Assembly: GCA_964573805.1 (NCBI GenBank)
Contig: CAZNKP010000020.1
Location: forward strand, 75,647 to 139,646
DNA: 64,000 nt
Origin: an uncultured Desulfobacterales bacterium
Lineage (GTDB): Bacteria > Desulfobacterota > Dissulfuribacteria > Dissulfuribacterales > QOAL01
Direction of reading: 5' to 3'
The notes under the pieces were generated by a model, which saw only the letters and a program-made list of their open reading frames with translations, was not told the DNA's origin and did no database searches. Both the position numbers and the translations under genes were made by a program. Below, one piece after another: positions 52,973-62,865 of this stretch (its first letter is position 1; every line of letters starts with the position of its first letter).

Positions 52973-53944
52973 TTACGCAGCCCTTGCCCTAAAATATTCG
53001 ATGGTGTACTTGAGTATCTGGTCTAAAGGTGTCTCAGGAATGAATCCTATAAGTGACTTGAGTTTTTCAAGGGATGGAACCCTCCGCATCATGTCCTCGA
53101 AATCCTTCCCATATGCCTGGTCGTATGGAATGAATACTATCTCTGAGTTACTTCCTACAAGTTCTTTTATTTTATTGGCAAGCTCAGCTATGCTTATCTC
53201 CTCGGTGCCTCCTATATTTACCACTTCTCCGGCCCCTTTTTTACATTTTATCAGTTTATAAATTGCCTTAACGACATCTCCTACATAGGTAAAGGTGCGG
53301 GTTTGTTTACCGTCTCCATACACAGTGATAGGATCATCTCTAAGGGCCTGCTGAATAAACCTTGGCACGACCATACCATACATTCCTGTCTGGCGTGGAC
53401 CGATGGTGTTGAAACACCTGATTATTATTGTATCGAGTTTTTTGGTTCTGTGATAGGCTAGAGCCGTAAATTCATCTACGAGTTTACTTGCTGCATAACT
53501 CCACCTCATGGTGCTTGGAGGACCATATATGAGGTTGTCATTTTCTTTCAAGGGTGCATGCATATGCTTGCCATAGACTTCCGAAGTTGATGCAACCAAT
53601 ATCTTTTTTTGATAGCGGTTTGCCAGTTTCAGGGCCGTTTCCGTTCCAAGGATGTTTGTTTCAATGGACGAAAGCGGATTTTCAAGGACGTGTTTTACCC
53701 CTACTGCAGCGGCCAAGTGTACTATGCAGTCGCAGGAGGATATGAGTTTATCCATGATATCTTCATTCAGTATGGTGTCAATGACATAACTGAAGCTGGG
53801 ATTGTCAAATAGATGAGAAATGTTGTCCAGACTGCCTGTAGAAAGGTCATCTATTATGGCAACTTCCTCACCTTGTTCTAAAAGCAGGTCGCACAAGTTT
53901 GACCCTATGAACCCAGCTCCTCCTGTGACAAGGATTTTCATCAA
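52973..53944 (-). CDS. NAD-dependent sugar-nucleotide epimerase/dehydratase (extended SDR)
   Basis: 323 aa. MKILVTGGAGFIGSNL Rossmann motif and catalytic YAASK. Confidence 0.85.
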   Translation of the reverse strand: MMKILVTGGAGFIGSNLCDLLLEQGEEVAIIDDLSTGSLDNISHLFDNPSFSYVIDTILNEDIMDKLISSCDCIVHLAAAVGVKHVLENPLSSIETNILGTETALKLANRYQKKILVASTSEVYGKHMHAPLKENDNLIYGPPSTMRWSYAASKLVDEFTALAYHRTKKLDTIIIRCFNTIGPRQTGMYGMVVPRFIQQALRDDPITVYGDGKQTRTFTYVGDVVKAIYKLIKCKKGAGEVVNIGGTEEISIAELANKIKELVGSNSEIVFIPYDQAYGKDFEDMMRRVPSLEKLKSLIGFIPETPLDQILKYTIEYFRARAA

Positions 53945-54196
53945 TCTCCCCTATTGCTTTAAAATGGCTGCCCTGCAAATAAGCTCTCAGAATATGTTTA
54001 TTTCAAGGCAATAGAAAATCAATCACAAAAATTGAAATATTTTGAAATAATAACATGTTAGTTTTAACGCAATACCATTATAGTTTCAACAGCCTGTAAA
54101 TGGAATATTACTTATAATAAAATATATGAGCTTTTTGTAACAATTTTTGAAGTTATTTTCGTCGTGCATGTTTGCATACTCTTAATTCTAATGTGT

Positions 54197-55252
54197 CTAG
54201 GCAATGGATATTTCTTCCTTTAACATACAGCAGGCTATTTTATAAAGGGGGTCGCCATTAGAATCATAGGAGAGGTTGCCAGGATGAAGGAGTTTATTCA
54301 TTACGCAGCCTTCTGGAATCTTGAGGCTAAACAGCTCTGTCTCAGTAATTGGTGGCCTTTTGATTAGTCTACCATTCTCTATTTCATATGAATGAAGTGG
54401 ATAGTCTTCACATAAGGGACAGGTATACACCCGCCCGTTTGGAAAAACAAAGTAGTTTTCAGCCACAAGACCTGCACATTCGAAAGGTCCATCTTTTGAA
54501 AGGAAAACCGTTGGATAATGACAAATAAGCCCCAATTCAGCGGCCTTTTGTGCAGTTTCTGGTACAATCGATTCCCATTCTTGTTTGGTGAGCTGGAGTA
54601 GCGGCCCTCTACCTTTGGCGGATTTCCCCCTGATGCCAATAACCTGAATAAAAAATCTGCTCACCCCAAGCCTTTTTAAGAGTTCAGGCATGTTAGGCAG
54701 GTCATGGATATTTCCAGCGTTGGCCGTGAAGATAGAACTGACAGAGAATCCAAGCTCAACGGCCCTTTGGATCCCGGCTGTACAGGTGTCAAAGGAGCCA
54801 TTTCCTCGAATGGCATCGTTTACCTCAGGGCAGGAGCCATCAAGACTAAAGCTAAAATAGTCTACCTCTTCAGGGGTAACCCTTTCCAAGATGTTGTGAA
54901 ACAAGTAACCGTTTGTGTCTACAGTAACCGAAGCATAGCCTAGTCTCCTGGCCTCTTTTATCCCTAGGGCCAGTGCAGGGTTCAGGGTGGGTTCACCACC
55001 GAGAAAGATGACATTGGTATCTTGTACATCCTTTATGGCCTTTGAAGAGTTGGAACGAGAAAAAAGATCAAGCCATTTCTTGATCGTATCTGCATCAAGG
55101 GTTCTGGTTCCATGTTGCTCTTGATTGATATAGCAATGGGCGCACTTTAGATTACATGCCGTTAGGATATGGAAAAACAGGTTCCTGGAGTGTGGACTAA
55201 ACTGGACTGTGCGCCTTTTGATGGCCTTACCTGATTTATTTATGGCTTTCAT
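54197..55252 (-). CDS. Radical SAM protein with a C-terminal Cys-containing (twitch/SPASM-like) extension
   Basis: 351 aa. CNLKCAHCY (Cx3Cx2C), FLGGEPTL, and C-terminal Cys residues (FECAG, CPLCEDYP, CCML). Confidence 0.8.
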   Translation of the reverse strand: MKAINKSGKAIKRRTVQFSPHSRNLFFHILTACNLKCAHCYINQEQHGTRTLDADTIKKWLDLFSRSNSSKAIKDVQDTNVIFLGGEPTLNPALALGIKEARRLGYASVTVDTNGYLFHNILERVTPEEVDYFSFSLDGSCPEVNDAIRGNGSFDTCTAGIQRAVELGFSVSSIFTANAGNIHDLPNMPELLKRLGVSRFFIQVIGIRGKSAKGRGPLLQLTKQEWESIVPETAQKAAELGLICHYPTVFLSKDGPFECAGLVAENYFVFPNGRVYTCPLCEDYPLHSYEIENGRLIKRPPITETELFSLKIPEGCVMNKLLHPGNLSYDSNGDPLYKIACCMLKEEISIA

Positions 55253-55255
55253 ATC

Positions 55256-55792
55256 TCAAAACGTTTTTAATGTATACTGCTCAAGAGGGGTCCCCCTTAA
55301 GTAATTGTTATCGGGTTGCAGAAAAAAGGTTTGAAATAACTTTAGACTTTCATGTCGCAATACCCCTGGTGTTACTATCAACTTTTTGTATATAGAATAT
55401 TCCCCCTGATTTTGCCCCTTGATGGATATGGAACCAAGTTTCATTCCACAAGCCCCGCCCATCACGTCTTCATAGGCAAATACTATATGATTTACTCCAC
55501 TTATGAGAAGCGCACCTGTACACATAAGACATGGCTCCAGTGTGGAATAGGCTATCAAATTCTCACCAGGCTTTCCATGTGCGACCCAGTCCCTGAGAGC
55601 TAATATTTCTGCATGGTCTAGTTCATTTTGTGTCTTGCCCCCGCTGTTTATTCTGTTGCCCTTGCCCACTATTTTATCTTGGCTAACCAAGATGCAGCCT
55701 ACAGGGAATTCTCCTTTATCCAAGGCCATCCTTGCAAGGGTCAATGCCTCTTGCATCCATTTTTCATGTAGCTTGATGTCTTGATTAGGCAT
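55256..55792 (-). CDS. CMP/dCMP-type zinc deaminase (TadA/guanine deaminase-like)
   Basis: 178 aa. HAEILAL and PCLMCTGAL zinc-binding motifs with a ~40-aa C-terminal extension. Confidence 0.8.
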   Translation of the reverse strand: MPNQDIKLHEKWMQEALTLARMALDKGEFPVGCILVSQDKIVGKGNRINSGGKTQNELDHAEILALRDWVAHGKPGENLIAYSTLEPCLMCTGALLISGVNHIVFAYEDVMGGACGMKLGSISIKGQNQGEYSIYKKLIVTPGVLRHESLKLFQTFFLQPDNNYLRGTPLEQYTLKTF

Positions 55793-56312
55793 TTTTTATC
55801 AACCAAAGCTTCAGATATTCTTCAAGGATAAAGGCATTTTCAGTCTCTTTTTCCATGGCTGCCTGCACCCTTTTTATTTTTTCCGGGGTTAGTGCTTCAT
55901 AAAGTCTTTTGCACATAAAGTTTACACAAATTACATGTCTTGCCATAATTTGGCATCCGTTTTCACCAAGAAACCAGCAACCGGTAGGGTCCCAGGGACT
56001 TGAAGGTAGTTTTATACCCATAAGTAGATTTATCAACAGGTTAACCACATCGAATTTGTTTTCTATGCCGCTACCACAACAGCTCCCTCCATCTTCCAGG
56101 GCACAACGGGTGCATTCTTTTACCACTCCTGTGTCCCGCATGGCTTGCCAGCTTTCTTCAATGCTTTTTTTGTAGTTTTCAAGAAGAGAGCAAACGGTCT
56201 TGTCTTTTAATAGACGGGAGGAAAAGCTATCATAGATATGTTGTGCCCATTGGAGTTTTTTCTCCATAGAGTGATCGGGTCCTATTGGTATTTTGGAAAA
56301 ATTTGTCTTCAT
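55785..56312 (-). CDS. Cys-rich hypothetical protein, possibly a YkgJ/UPF0153-like zinc/iron-chelating domain
   Basis: 175 aa. CTRCALEDGGSCCGSG and CWFLGENGCQIMARHVICVNFMC resemble the CxxCxxCC family by eye. Overlaps the deaminase gene by 8 nt. Confidence 0.4.
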   Translation of the reverse strand: MKTNFSKIPIGPDHSMEKKLQWAQHIYDSFSSRLLKDKTVCSLLENYKKSIEESWQAMRDTGVVKECTRCALEDGGSCCGSGIENKFDVVNLLINLLMGIKLPSSPWDPTGCWFLGENGCQIMARHVICVNFMCKRLYEALTPEKIKRVQAAMEKETENAFILEEYLKLWLIKNA

Positions 56313-56444
56313 TGCAATGGATTAAGGTTGCACTACTTGATTTGCTGCACTACTCATAGGGATTGCAGCCGCTCTATTTGAAGAATATCATATATAGGGC
56401 CTGTGATAAAATGGAATCTGGATTTTTCAAACGGAGAAGAGGTT

Positions 56445-57506
56445 GTGAGTAAAAAATCTTTATATGCCGAGGCAGGTGTAGATATAGACAAGGCAAATCG
56501 TCTTGTGAGTTCTATAAAGGATGTGGTCCATTCTACATATACTAAGGGAGTAATTACAGAAATAGGGGGGTTTGCAGGACTTTTTGCCTTGGATCATGAA
56601 AAATACAAAAATCCTGTGCTGGTTTCGTCTACCGATGGGGTGGGGACCAAGCTCAAGATCGCTTTCATGACCGGTGTACATGATACGGTCGGGATAGATC
56701 TGGTGGCTATGTGTGCCAACGATATAGTAGTAACTGGGGCAGCCCCGTTATTCTTTCTCGATTACTTTGCTACAGGAAAGTTGGAGGAGGATGTTGCCAT
56801 AGATGTGATAAAGGGCATAGCCAAAGGGTGTAGGATGGCAGGATGTGCCCTTATTGGTGGCGAGACGGCAGAGATGCCAGGTATGTATCCACCAAACGAA
56901 TACGATTTGGCTGGCTTTGCTGTTGGAGTTGTAGACAGAGACAAGATTATTGACGGATCAGAAATAGGTGTAGGCCATGAGATAATAGGGATTGCTTCAT
57001 CAGGGCTGCATAGTAACGGTTATTCTTTGGTCAGAAGGCTGTTATTCGGTCAACTGTCTCTTAAGGTGACAGATATAATAGAAGAGCTTCCTGGAGGCAG
57101 TATTGGGCAAATACTTTTGACGCCTACCAAGATATACGTCAAAACAGTCCTGAACCTATTAAAGAGTTTCAAGGTCCATGGAATAGTTCATATTACTGGA
57201 GGAGGATTCCAAGACAACATTCCAAGGGTCTTGCCAGAATCATGTAAGGCTGTGATAAACTTGGGCAGTTGGTATGTCCCTGCTATTTTTAAGTTCCTGA
57301 AGAATGAAGGGAAGATAAGCCAAGAGGAAATGCTAAGGACTTTTAACTGTGGAATTGGTATGGTGCTTATCGTGCCTTCTTCTGAAACCCAGGAAGTGCT
57401 CTTGCAACTAAAGGCCTTGCATGAGGAACCTTTTCTAATAGGTACTATTGAGGAAAGAAAACAGAATGAGGATTCGGTAGTTTTTACTGGAGATAATCTG
57501 TTTTGA
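56445..57506 (+). CDS. purM: Phosphoribosylformylglycinamidine cyclo-ligase (AIR synthetase)
   Basis: Start set at GTG 56445 (GGAG 8 nt upstream), giving SKKSLYAEAGVDIDKAN as in other PurM proteins. DGVGTKL motif present. The ORF opens at 56403. Confidence 0.9.
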   Translation: MSKKSLYAEAGVDIDKANRLVSSIKDVVHSTYTKGVITEIGGFAGLFALDHEKYKNPVLVSSTDGVGTKLKIAFMTGVHDTVGIDLVAMCANDIVVTGAAPLFFLDYFATGKLEEDVAIDVIKGIAKGCRMAGCALIGGETAEMPGMYPPNEYDLAGFAVGVVDRDKIIDGSEIGVGHEIIGIASSGLHSNGYSLVRRLLFGQLSLKVTDIIEELPGGSIGQILLTPTKIYVKTVLNLLKSFKVHGIVHITGGGFQDNIPRVLPESCKAVINLGSWYVPAIFKFLKNEGKISQEEMLRTFNCGIGMVLIVPSSETQEVLLQLKALHEEPFLIGTIEERKQNEDSVVFTGDNLF

Positions 57507-57907
57507 TTTTAGTCAGCAGTTGTCTGATAGGTATTTGTTGCAGATATGATGGTCTTTCAAGGCCAAATAAGGAAATCATAAATTTGGCCCAATATGCCCA
57601 TGTCATTCCTGTGTGTCCGGAACAACTTGGAGGGCTGCCTACCCCACGAGCTGCATCTTACATTGCCGGGGGTGATGGGTTTGATGTCATTGCAGGTAAG
57701 GCCAAGGTATTGACTGTAAGACAAAAGACAGATGTTACTAAAAATTTTCTCCAAGGAGCCAGAGAATGCGAAAGGCTTGTCAAGCTTTTTGATATAAAGA
57801 GGGCCATAGTAAAAAGCCGCAGCCCCTCTTGCGGTTTACGTCCCCAGGTAGGTGTTACTACTGCGGCATTAATTCTTCTTGGTGTGGATGTTTCAGAGGC
57901 AGGTTAG
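57503..57907 (+). CDS. DUF523 family protein (TudS-like)
   Basis: 134 aa. ILVSSCLIGICCRYDG, PVCPEQLGGLPTPR and SPSCG motifs. Confidence 0.75.
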   Translation: MILVSSCLIGICCRYDGLSRPNKEIINLAQYAHVIPVCPEQLGGLPTPRAASYIAGGDGFDVIAGKAKVLTVRQKTDVTKNFLQGARECERLVKLFDIKRAIVKSRSPSCGLRPQVGVTTAALILLGVDVSEAG

Positions 57908-58203
57908 GTGCCTGCCTTTGCCATGACCCTTTCTTTAAGGTCTTTACCCACCTTAAAAAACGGCAGCTTTTTGGGCTTTACTTTTATTTTTTCCCCTGTT
58001 TTGGGGTTTCTGCCAATGTATGACTTATACTCTCTAATAGAAAAAGAGCCAAAGCCACGTATTTCAATCCCTTCACCCCTTACCAGGGCCTCGGTCATGT
58101 CATCAAATATAGAATTTACAATAAATTCACTCAACTGCCTGTGAATATTTAATCTTTCTGCCAAGACGTCAATAAGATCTGATTTGTTCACAAGCCCCTC
58201 CAT
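57904..58203 (-). CDS. HU/IHF-family DNA-binding protein (integration host factor subunit-like)
   Basis: 99 aa. RGFGSFSIREYKSYIGRNPKTGEKIKVKPKKLPFFKVGKDLKERV is the typical IHF/HU arm. Confidence 0.85.
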   Translation of the reverse strand: MEGLVNKSDLIDVLAERLNIHRQLSEFIVNSIFDDMTEALVRGEGIEIRGFGSFSIREYKSYIGRNPKTGEKIKVKPKKLPFFKVGKDLKERVMAKAGT

Positions 58204-58330
58204 GAAAGAATAATTTATTTTATAGATAATTTCTTTAATTCCAAATTGTTGCTATTAAATACGAGTATGTTTATATCTGTCAATAATAAACTTTCACAAG
58301 CACCCTTTTGAAAGGAAAGGTAAGAGGCAC

Positions 58331-59245
58331 ATGTTCAAGAGGTTGAAGGAAAAGATATCGCGTTCGCGAAGCGGTTTTATTAAACAGCTTGATGAGCTTT
58401 TTCTTGGAAAAAAAGAGATCGATCCCGAGCTGATAGAAGAGATAGAAGAGATACTTGTGATGGCAGATATGGGTATAGGCACTGTGCAACAGGTTATAGA
58501 GAAGTTGCAGCAAGCTGTTGACAGTGGTGAAGTCTCAGATCCCGATGCCCTGAGAAACAGACTCAAGGAACAGATAAAGGCAATATTTAAGGAAGGACAA
58601 AATGGCAGCCAGATTAAAGAGACTGACAGCAAGCCCTTTGTTATCCTGGTAGTAGGTGTGAATGGTGTAGGTAAAACTACGACTATAGCCAAGCTGGCAT
58701 ACAAGTATAAACAGGAGGGGAAGCAGACACTGCTTATTGCAGCCGATACATTCAGAGCAGCTGCTGTGGAGCAGCTTGAAAAGTGGGGTCAAAGGCTTAA
58801 CGTACCGGTGATCAGCCAGAAGGCAGGGGCAGACCCTTCAGCAGTGGTTTTTGACGGTCTTGAAGTTGCTAAATCAAAGGGTACAGATGTGGCAATAGTA
58901 GATACCGCAGGCCGACTTCATACCCAAGTAAATCTTATGAAAGAACTTGAAAAGATTAAGCGGGTTATATCAAAAAAGGTGGAAGGGGCTCCACATGAAA
59001 CCCTTTTAGTTCTTGATGCAACCACTGGGCAAAACGCACTCAGCCAGGCCAAAACTTTTTGCGAGGCTACTGACGTGACAGGGATCGTCCTTACAAAGCT
59101 TGATGGTACTGCCAAGGGGGGTATAGTTGCTAGCGTCGCCCATGAAATGAAGATCCCTGTAAAGTACATTGGCATTGGTGAGCAGATGGATGACTTGAGG
59201 CCCTTTGATCCGGATCAGTTTGTCGAGGCGCTATTTGAGGATTAG
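58331..59245 (+). CDS. ftsY: Signal recognition particle receptor FtsY (short form, NG domain only)
   Basis: 304 aa. GVNGVGKTTTIAKLA, DTAGRL and LTKLDGTAKGG motifs. Confidence 0.95.
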   Translation: MFKRLKEKISRSRSGFIKQLDELFLGKKEIDPELIEEIEEILVMADMGIGTVQQVIEKLQQAVDSGEVSDPDALRNRLKEQIKAIFKEGQNGSQIKETDSKPFVILVVGVNGVGKTTTIAKLAYKYKQEGKQTLLIAADTFRAAAVEQLEKWGQRLNVPVISQKAGADPSAVVFDGLEVAKSKGTDVAIVDTAGRLHTQVNLMKELEKIKRVISKKVEGAPHETLLVLDATTGQNALSQAKTFCEATDVTGIVLTKLDGTAKGGIVASVAHEMKIPVKYIGIGEQMDDLRPFDPDQFVEALFED

Positions 59246-60594
59246 GGCTGTGCAGGATGTTGTGTGTCAGGATTAACGGTTACCTGTAGCGCCCGTCCTG
59301 TGGCAACCGCAGTAAAAAACCAGTAAAGGGACGCCGAATCATGTCTGAATACATCCGTGAACATGTTGGTTGTCCAATAGATTAACAAAAAGACAAGGGC
59401 AACAATAAAAAGCCTTTCTTCATTTTTGCCTTTCTGTTTTATCAGCGCTGCCCAAAAAAGCCTCCACTGGCTAACTATTATAGCCATAAGTGCCAGGGCT
59501 CCCTGGATGCCCATATAAAAGGCCTGATTGATAAAGGTGTTGTGGCCGTGTTGAAGGCCTGCTTTTTGGACAAGCTGTTGCCAATATTCTTTTATGAATT
59601 TTTTGCCAAGTCCTCTAGGCAAAAAGGGATGCTGGGCTATTTCTTTTATAAATTCCCTGTATGTGGTGATTCTCAATGGTATGGAGCCACCAAGATGCCG
59701 GGCCTCTTCTATCTTTCCTTTTGAAATAAGATGCCAATCTTCTCGCACAAAGTGTTTCCCTGCTCCAGAGCCGATGACTGTTCCAAGGATCGCAATTACC
59801 ACAAAGAGAATTGCTATAGCTGGTAATGTCGCAATTTTACGGGCTGTAAGCTTATACGAAAGAAAAAGCCCCAGCAAACAAGCAATAATGGCCCCTCTCC
59901 TTGTTGTAGTAAAAAGCACTAAAAAATTGACGAAAAGAAATATAAAGTTTACCGAAGGTTTCTTGAAAGGGGAAATACTCCAAAAAGCTATCATAAGTCC
60001 TAAAAAGATGCTTGTATGATGAATGCCTTGAAAGAGTTTGCATGTTCTCCCAAACTCAAAGACGATATCCATTCTGTCTGCAATAAAGCGATTTATAAGC
60101 TCTTGATCACCCCAAAATAGGTTGTGGGGAAATAGCAGCCAGGCACCCATGATGCCAAGATAGCTGGCCAAGAAGACCAGATTTGTCCCAAAGAGGATGT
60201 TTTCCCATTTTAACGGACAGTTTTTGCTCGTCGCCAGGGCGAGTGACAGGGTTGCAAATAAGCTAGAATTTATAAAAAATTCACTAAGATAAACTCGTAA
60301 AGAATAATCCGGCTCTGGACTAAAATATATAGAAACCACTGCAAAAAGGTTCCATAACATGAGGCCCAGGAAGATAGGATTAACCAACAAAGATTTCATT
60401 CTTGCCACTTCCTTATCAGGATGGGCATAATACTTTTTAAAAAAGAGGGCTGAAAATACTGCAACCAAAAACGAGAGAATGTAACGAGCCGTAGGACCTA
60501 TACCAAACGGCATAAGGGTCAGAAACAAAAAGGCCGTTATATTGAGGGCCTTCTTTATTGTAAAGATGGGCTCTTTTGCCTTTTGTTTTGTCAA
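59242..60594 (-). CDS. O-antigen ligase/polymerase family membrane protein (Wzy_C)
   Basis: 450 aa with ~11 TMs. TTRRGAIIACLLGLFL motif and a large periplasmic loop. Confidence 0.6.
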   Translation of the reverse strand: MTKQKAKEPIFTIKKALNITAFLFLTLMPFGIGPTARYILSFLVAVFSALFFKKYYAHPDKEVARMKSLLVNPIFLGLMLWNLFAVVSIYFSPEPDYSLRVYLSEFFINSSLFATLSLALATSKNCPLKWENILFGTNLVFLASYLGIMGAWLLFPHNLFWGDQELINRFIADRMDIVFEFGRTCKLFQGIHHTSIFLGLMIAFWSISPFKKPSVNFIFLFVNFLVLFTTTRRGAIIACLLGLFLSYKLTARKIATLPAIAILFVVIAILGTVIGSGAGKHFVREDWHLISKGKIEEARHLGGSIPLRITTYREFIKEIAQHPFLPRGLGKKFIKEYWQQLVQKAGLQHGHNTFINQAFYMGIQGALALMAIIVSQWRLFWAALIKQKGKNEERLFIVALVFLLIYWTTNMFTDVFRHDSASLYWFFTAVATGRALQVTVNPDTQHPAQP

Positions 60595-60611
60595 CTTGTA
60601 TCCCTATCCAA

Positions 60612-61928
60612 CTATTGTTCGTTTCTGGCAAGCACCTTTCTTGCAATATGATACATGCCTTGATCTGTTAGATTTTTTCTGTTCGCTTTTACTTCGTATC
60701 TGATTTTCAGATAACGGATAAGACGGTCCAGCTTTTGGGCATCAATCGGTGTATTAAGGGCCTGCCACATTATCCCAGAGAGATCTTCCAGGCTTTCTGG
60801 CCAATGGACTAGACCTTTTAACCTGTAAAATAGAGGACCAAGCATTACTACCGGTTTTTTATTTTGTAGGGCCTCAAAACCTGCAAGAGAGTTGAAGGTA
60901 ACCACCATTGACGTCTTCTCTAGAAGCTTGGCCATGTCATATTTTCTGAAAAAGACTGCCTTTGGATGCCTTTGTGCAAAATCCTCGCTTATTACAAACG
61001 GCCTAAAGGGATGTTCTTTTAATACTACATTAAAGTGCGTACCTTTGTCTCTATTAAGTAGTTCTGTAGCCTCAACAATCACTTGAAAAAGATGCTCCAT
61101 ACTTACGATACCTAGTGGATTGGGAACCAGATTCAAGACTTCGTTGCCCTGAAGGGGTACTAGTATAAATGGCTCCCTAATGGGTTTCGGATTCTGCTTG
61201 TATGAGCATATCTTATGCTTTTTATATTTGTGAATGAGTTTGTTTAAGAAGGGCCTTTGAGGCCTTAGATAAGAAAAATATCTCTTTTTTTCTGGATTAA
61301 GGATAAGCCCTAGTCTAGCCAACCAAAGTGATATGGCTGAAGGAGTCGATACAGACTGGTCTGAAAGACGTGACATAGGAAGGTCTTGCAGCATTGCAGG
61401 TGGATCGAGTTTTTGCGAGATGCGTTTTTCCCAAATTTCACAATCGGTGAATCTAATTCTTTCTGGAGCAACGCTAAGGGTCTGTCCGCGAAAAAAGCCA
61501 GTTGAAAGATAATAAATGGGACAATTTAATATCTTAGCAGCAAGCTGTGCACAGGCGGTATCGAGGAAGTCCCGTTCATGGCAAAGGCACACATCAATTC
61601 TGTTTTTTTCAAAAACGGTTAAAAGAAAGCCAAGATAGCTCAAAAAGAAGTCCTTTATTCGTTTTTTTTCTATGGGATCTTGGGCAAGCCGGTAACACTC
61701 CACCTCTTCCAGGGTCTTTTGCCATTGAAGATGGTCTATCCAATCTGGTGCTAATTTAGGATACCGGGGAGCTTGAGACAGTGCATCTACAGGATGTTGA
61801 TTATTTGACCTGAAAAAGAGGGGGTCTGTAGGATGATTAGTTACAAAAAAGACGTTGCAGTAATTTTGCAGATACCTTCCGAGCGTTAAGTCAAAACCTT
61901 TTTTTGAAACGATGTACAAAAGATTCAT
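60612..61928 (-). CDS. Capsule polysaccharide biosynthesis protein (KpsC/KpsS-like Capsule_synth family)
   Basis: 438 aa. ILVPLQGNEV...VLKEHPF and VVTFNSLAGFEALQNKKPVVMLGPLFY match the family pattern by eye. Confidence 0.55.
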   Translation of the reverse strand: MNLLYIVSKKGFDLTLGRYLQNYCNVFFVTNHPTDPLFFRSNNQHPVDALSQAPRYPKLAPDWIDHLQWQKTLEEVECYRLAQDPIEKKRIKDFFLSYLGFLLTVFEKNRIDVCLCHERDFLDTACAQLAAKILNCPIYYLSTGFFRGQTLSVAPERIRFTDCEIWEKRISQKLDPPAMLQDLPMSRLSDQSVSTPSAISLWLARLGLILNPEKKRYFSYLRPQRPFLNKLIHKYKKHKICSYKQNPKPIREPFILVPLQGNEVLNLVPNPLGIVSMEHLFQVIVEATELLNRDKGTHFNVVLKEHPFRPFVISEDFAQRHPKAVFFRKYDMAKLLEKTSMVVTFNSLAGFEALQNKKPVVMLGPLFYRLKGLVHWPESLEDLSGIMWQALNTPIDAQKLDRLIRYLKIRYEVKANRKNLTDQGMYHIARKVLARNEQ

Positions 61929-62017
61929 ACAATAAAATGTAATAAAGAGTCTTGTTAATAGAAAGGGTAAGTCTGTCTGATAGTATGCAGTTTTTTAAAA
62001 AGTCCAGCGGAGAAAAA

Positions 62018-62848
62018 TCAAGAGGAGAAAATGTGATAGAGGCTTTTTGAAATCTCAGGATATCGAAAGTGAAACCCCTCTTTCAAGAGCCTTGAAGGAT
62101 AAACTATTTTTGAGGCAGTAAGAACAGAGGCTGCCTGTCCGTATAAAAGCCGTAGGGCAATGCTTGGAACTGGGAGTAGCGCTGGCCTTTTCAAAGCTCT
62201 TCCAAGGGCTTTTGAAAATTCCTTATTGGTTACAGGCCTTGGACTTACTGCATTGAAAATGCCTGTAAGCCCCTTGTCAAGAACAAAGGCATAGATTCGT
62301 ATAAGGTCTTTTATGTCTATCCAGCTCATTATCATAGATCCGTCCCCTATTGGACCACCAAGGCCAAGTTTGAAGGGCAAGAGCATCTTTTTCAGTGCCC
62401 CTCCTTCTTTCCCTAATACAACTCCCAAACGGAGGATTGCCGTATTTTTTTCGCACTTCAGTGCCTCTCTTTCCCACTGTTTTGCAAGCCTTCCCAAAAA
62501 GTCATCAGCAAGGTCTGAACATGACTCGTCGCACTCTTTATTATCTGGATAGATGCCTGTTGCAGATGTCGAAATGAAGTATTTTACAGATGTGCCTTTC
62601 ATGGCCTCGACAAGTTTTTTTGTGATCTTGATTCGACTTGACACGAGGGTCTGTTTGTATGACGCGGTCCATCTCTTAATGATTGGCGCACCTGCAAGGT
62701 TGATTACTGCATCAACACCTTGCAGCTTGACGTGTATGCTCTCCAGAGAGTCATCACGATGGATAACAACTAGCCGATCTATTTTAGACTGAAGATGTGT
62801 CCCAATAAAACCACTTGCTCCTGTAAGGGCGATCTTTAAATCTTTCAT
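62018..62848 (-). CDS. TIGR01777-family epimerase-like protein (YfcH/SDR39U1, DUF1731 C-terminus)
   Basis: 276 aa. ALTGASGFIGTHL, NLAGAPIIKRWT and C-terminal PSRLLKEGFHFRYPEI. Confidence 0.75.
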   Translation of the reverse strand: MKDLKIALTGASGFIGTHLQSKIDRLVVIHRDDSLESIHVKLQGVDAVINLAGAPIIKRWTASYKQTLVSSRIKITKKLVEAMKGTSVKYFISTSATGIYPDNKECDESCSDLADDFLGRLAKQWEREALKCEKNTAILRLGVVLGKEGGALKKMLLPFKLGLGGPIGDGSMIMSWIDIKDLIRIYAFVLDKGLTGIFNAVSPRPVTNKEFSKALGRALKRPALLPVPSIALRLLYGQAASVLTASKIVYPSRLLKEGFHFRYPEISKSLYHIFSS

Positions 62849-62865
62849 GATCGGTAGGGGAATTT

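Noticed and set aside
58294-58704. 136-aa minus-strand ORF overlapping ftsY
   Set aside because: It is antisense to the strongly supported ftsY gene. It has a Ser/Ile/Cys-rich composition and no homology features.
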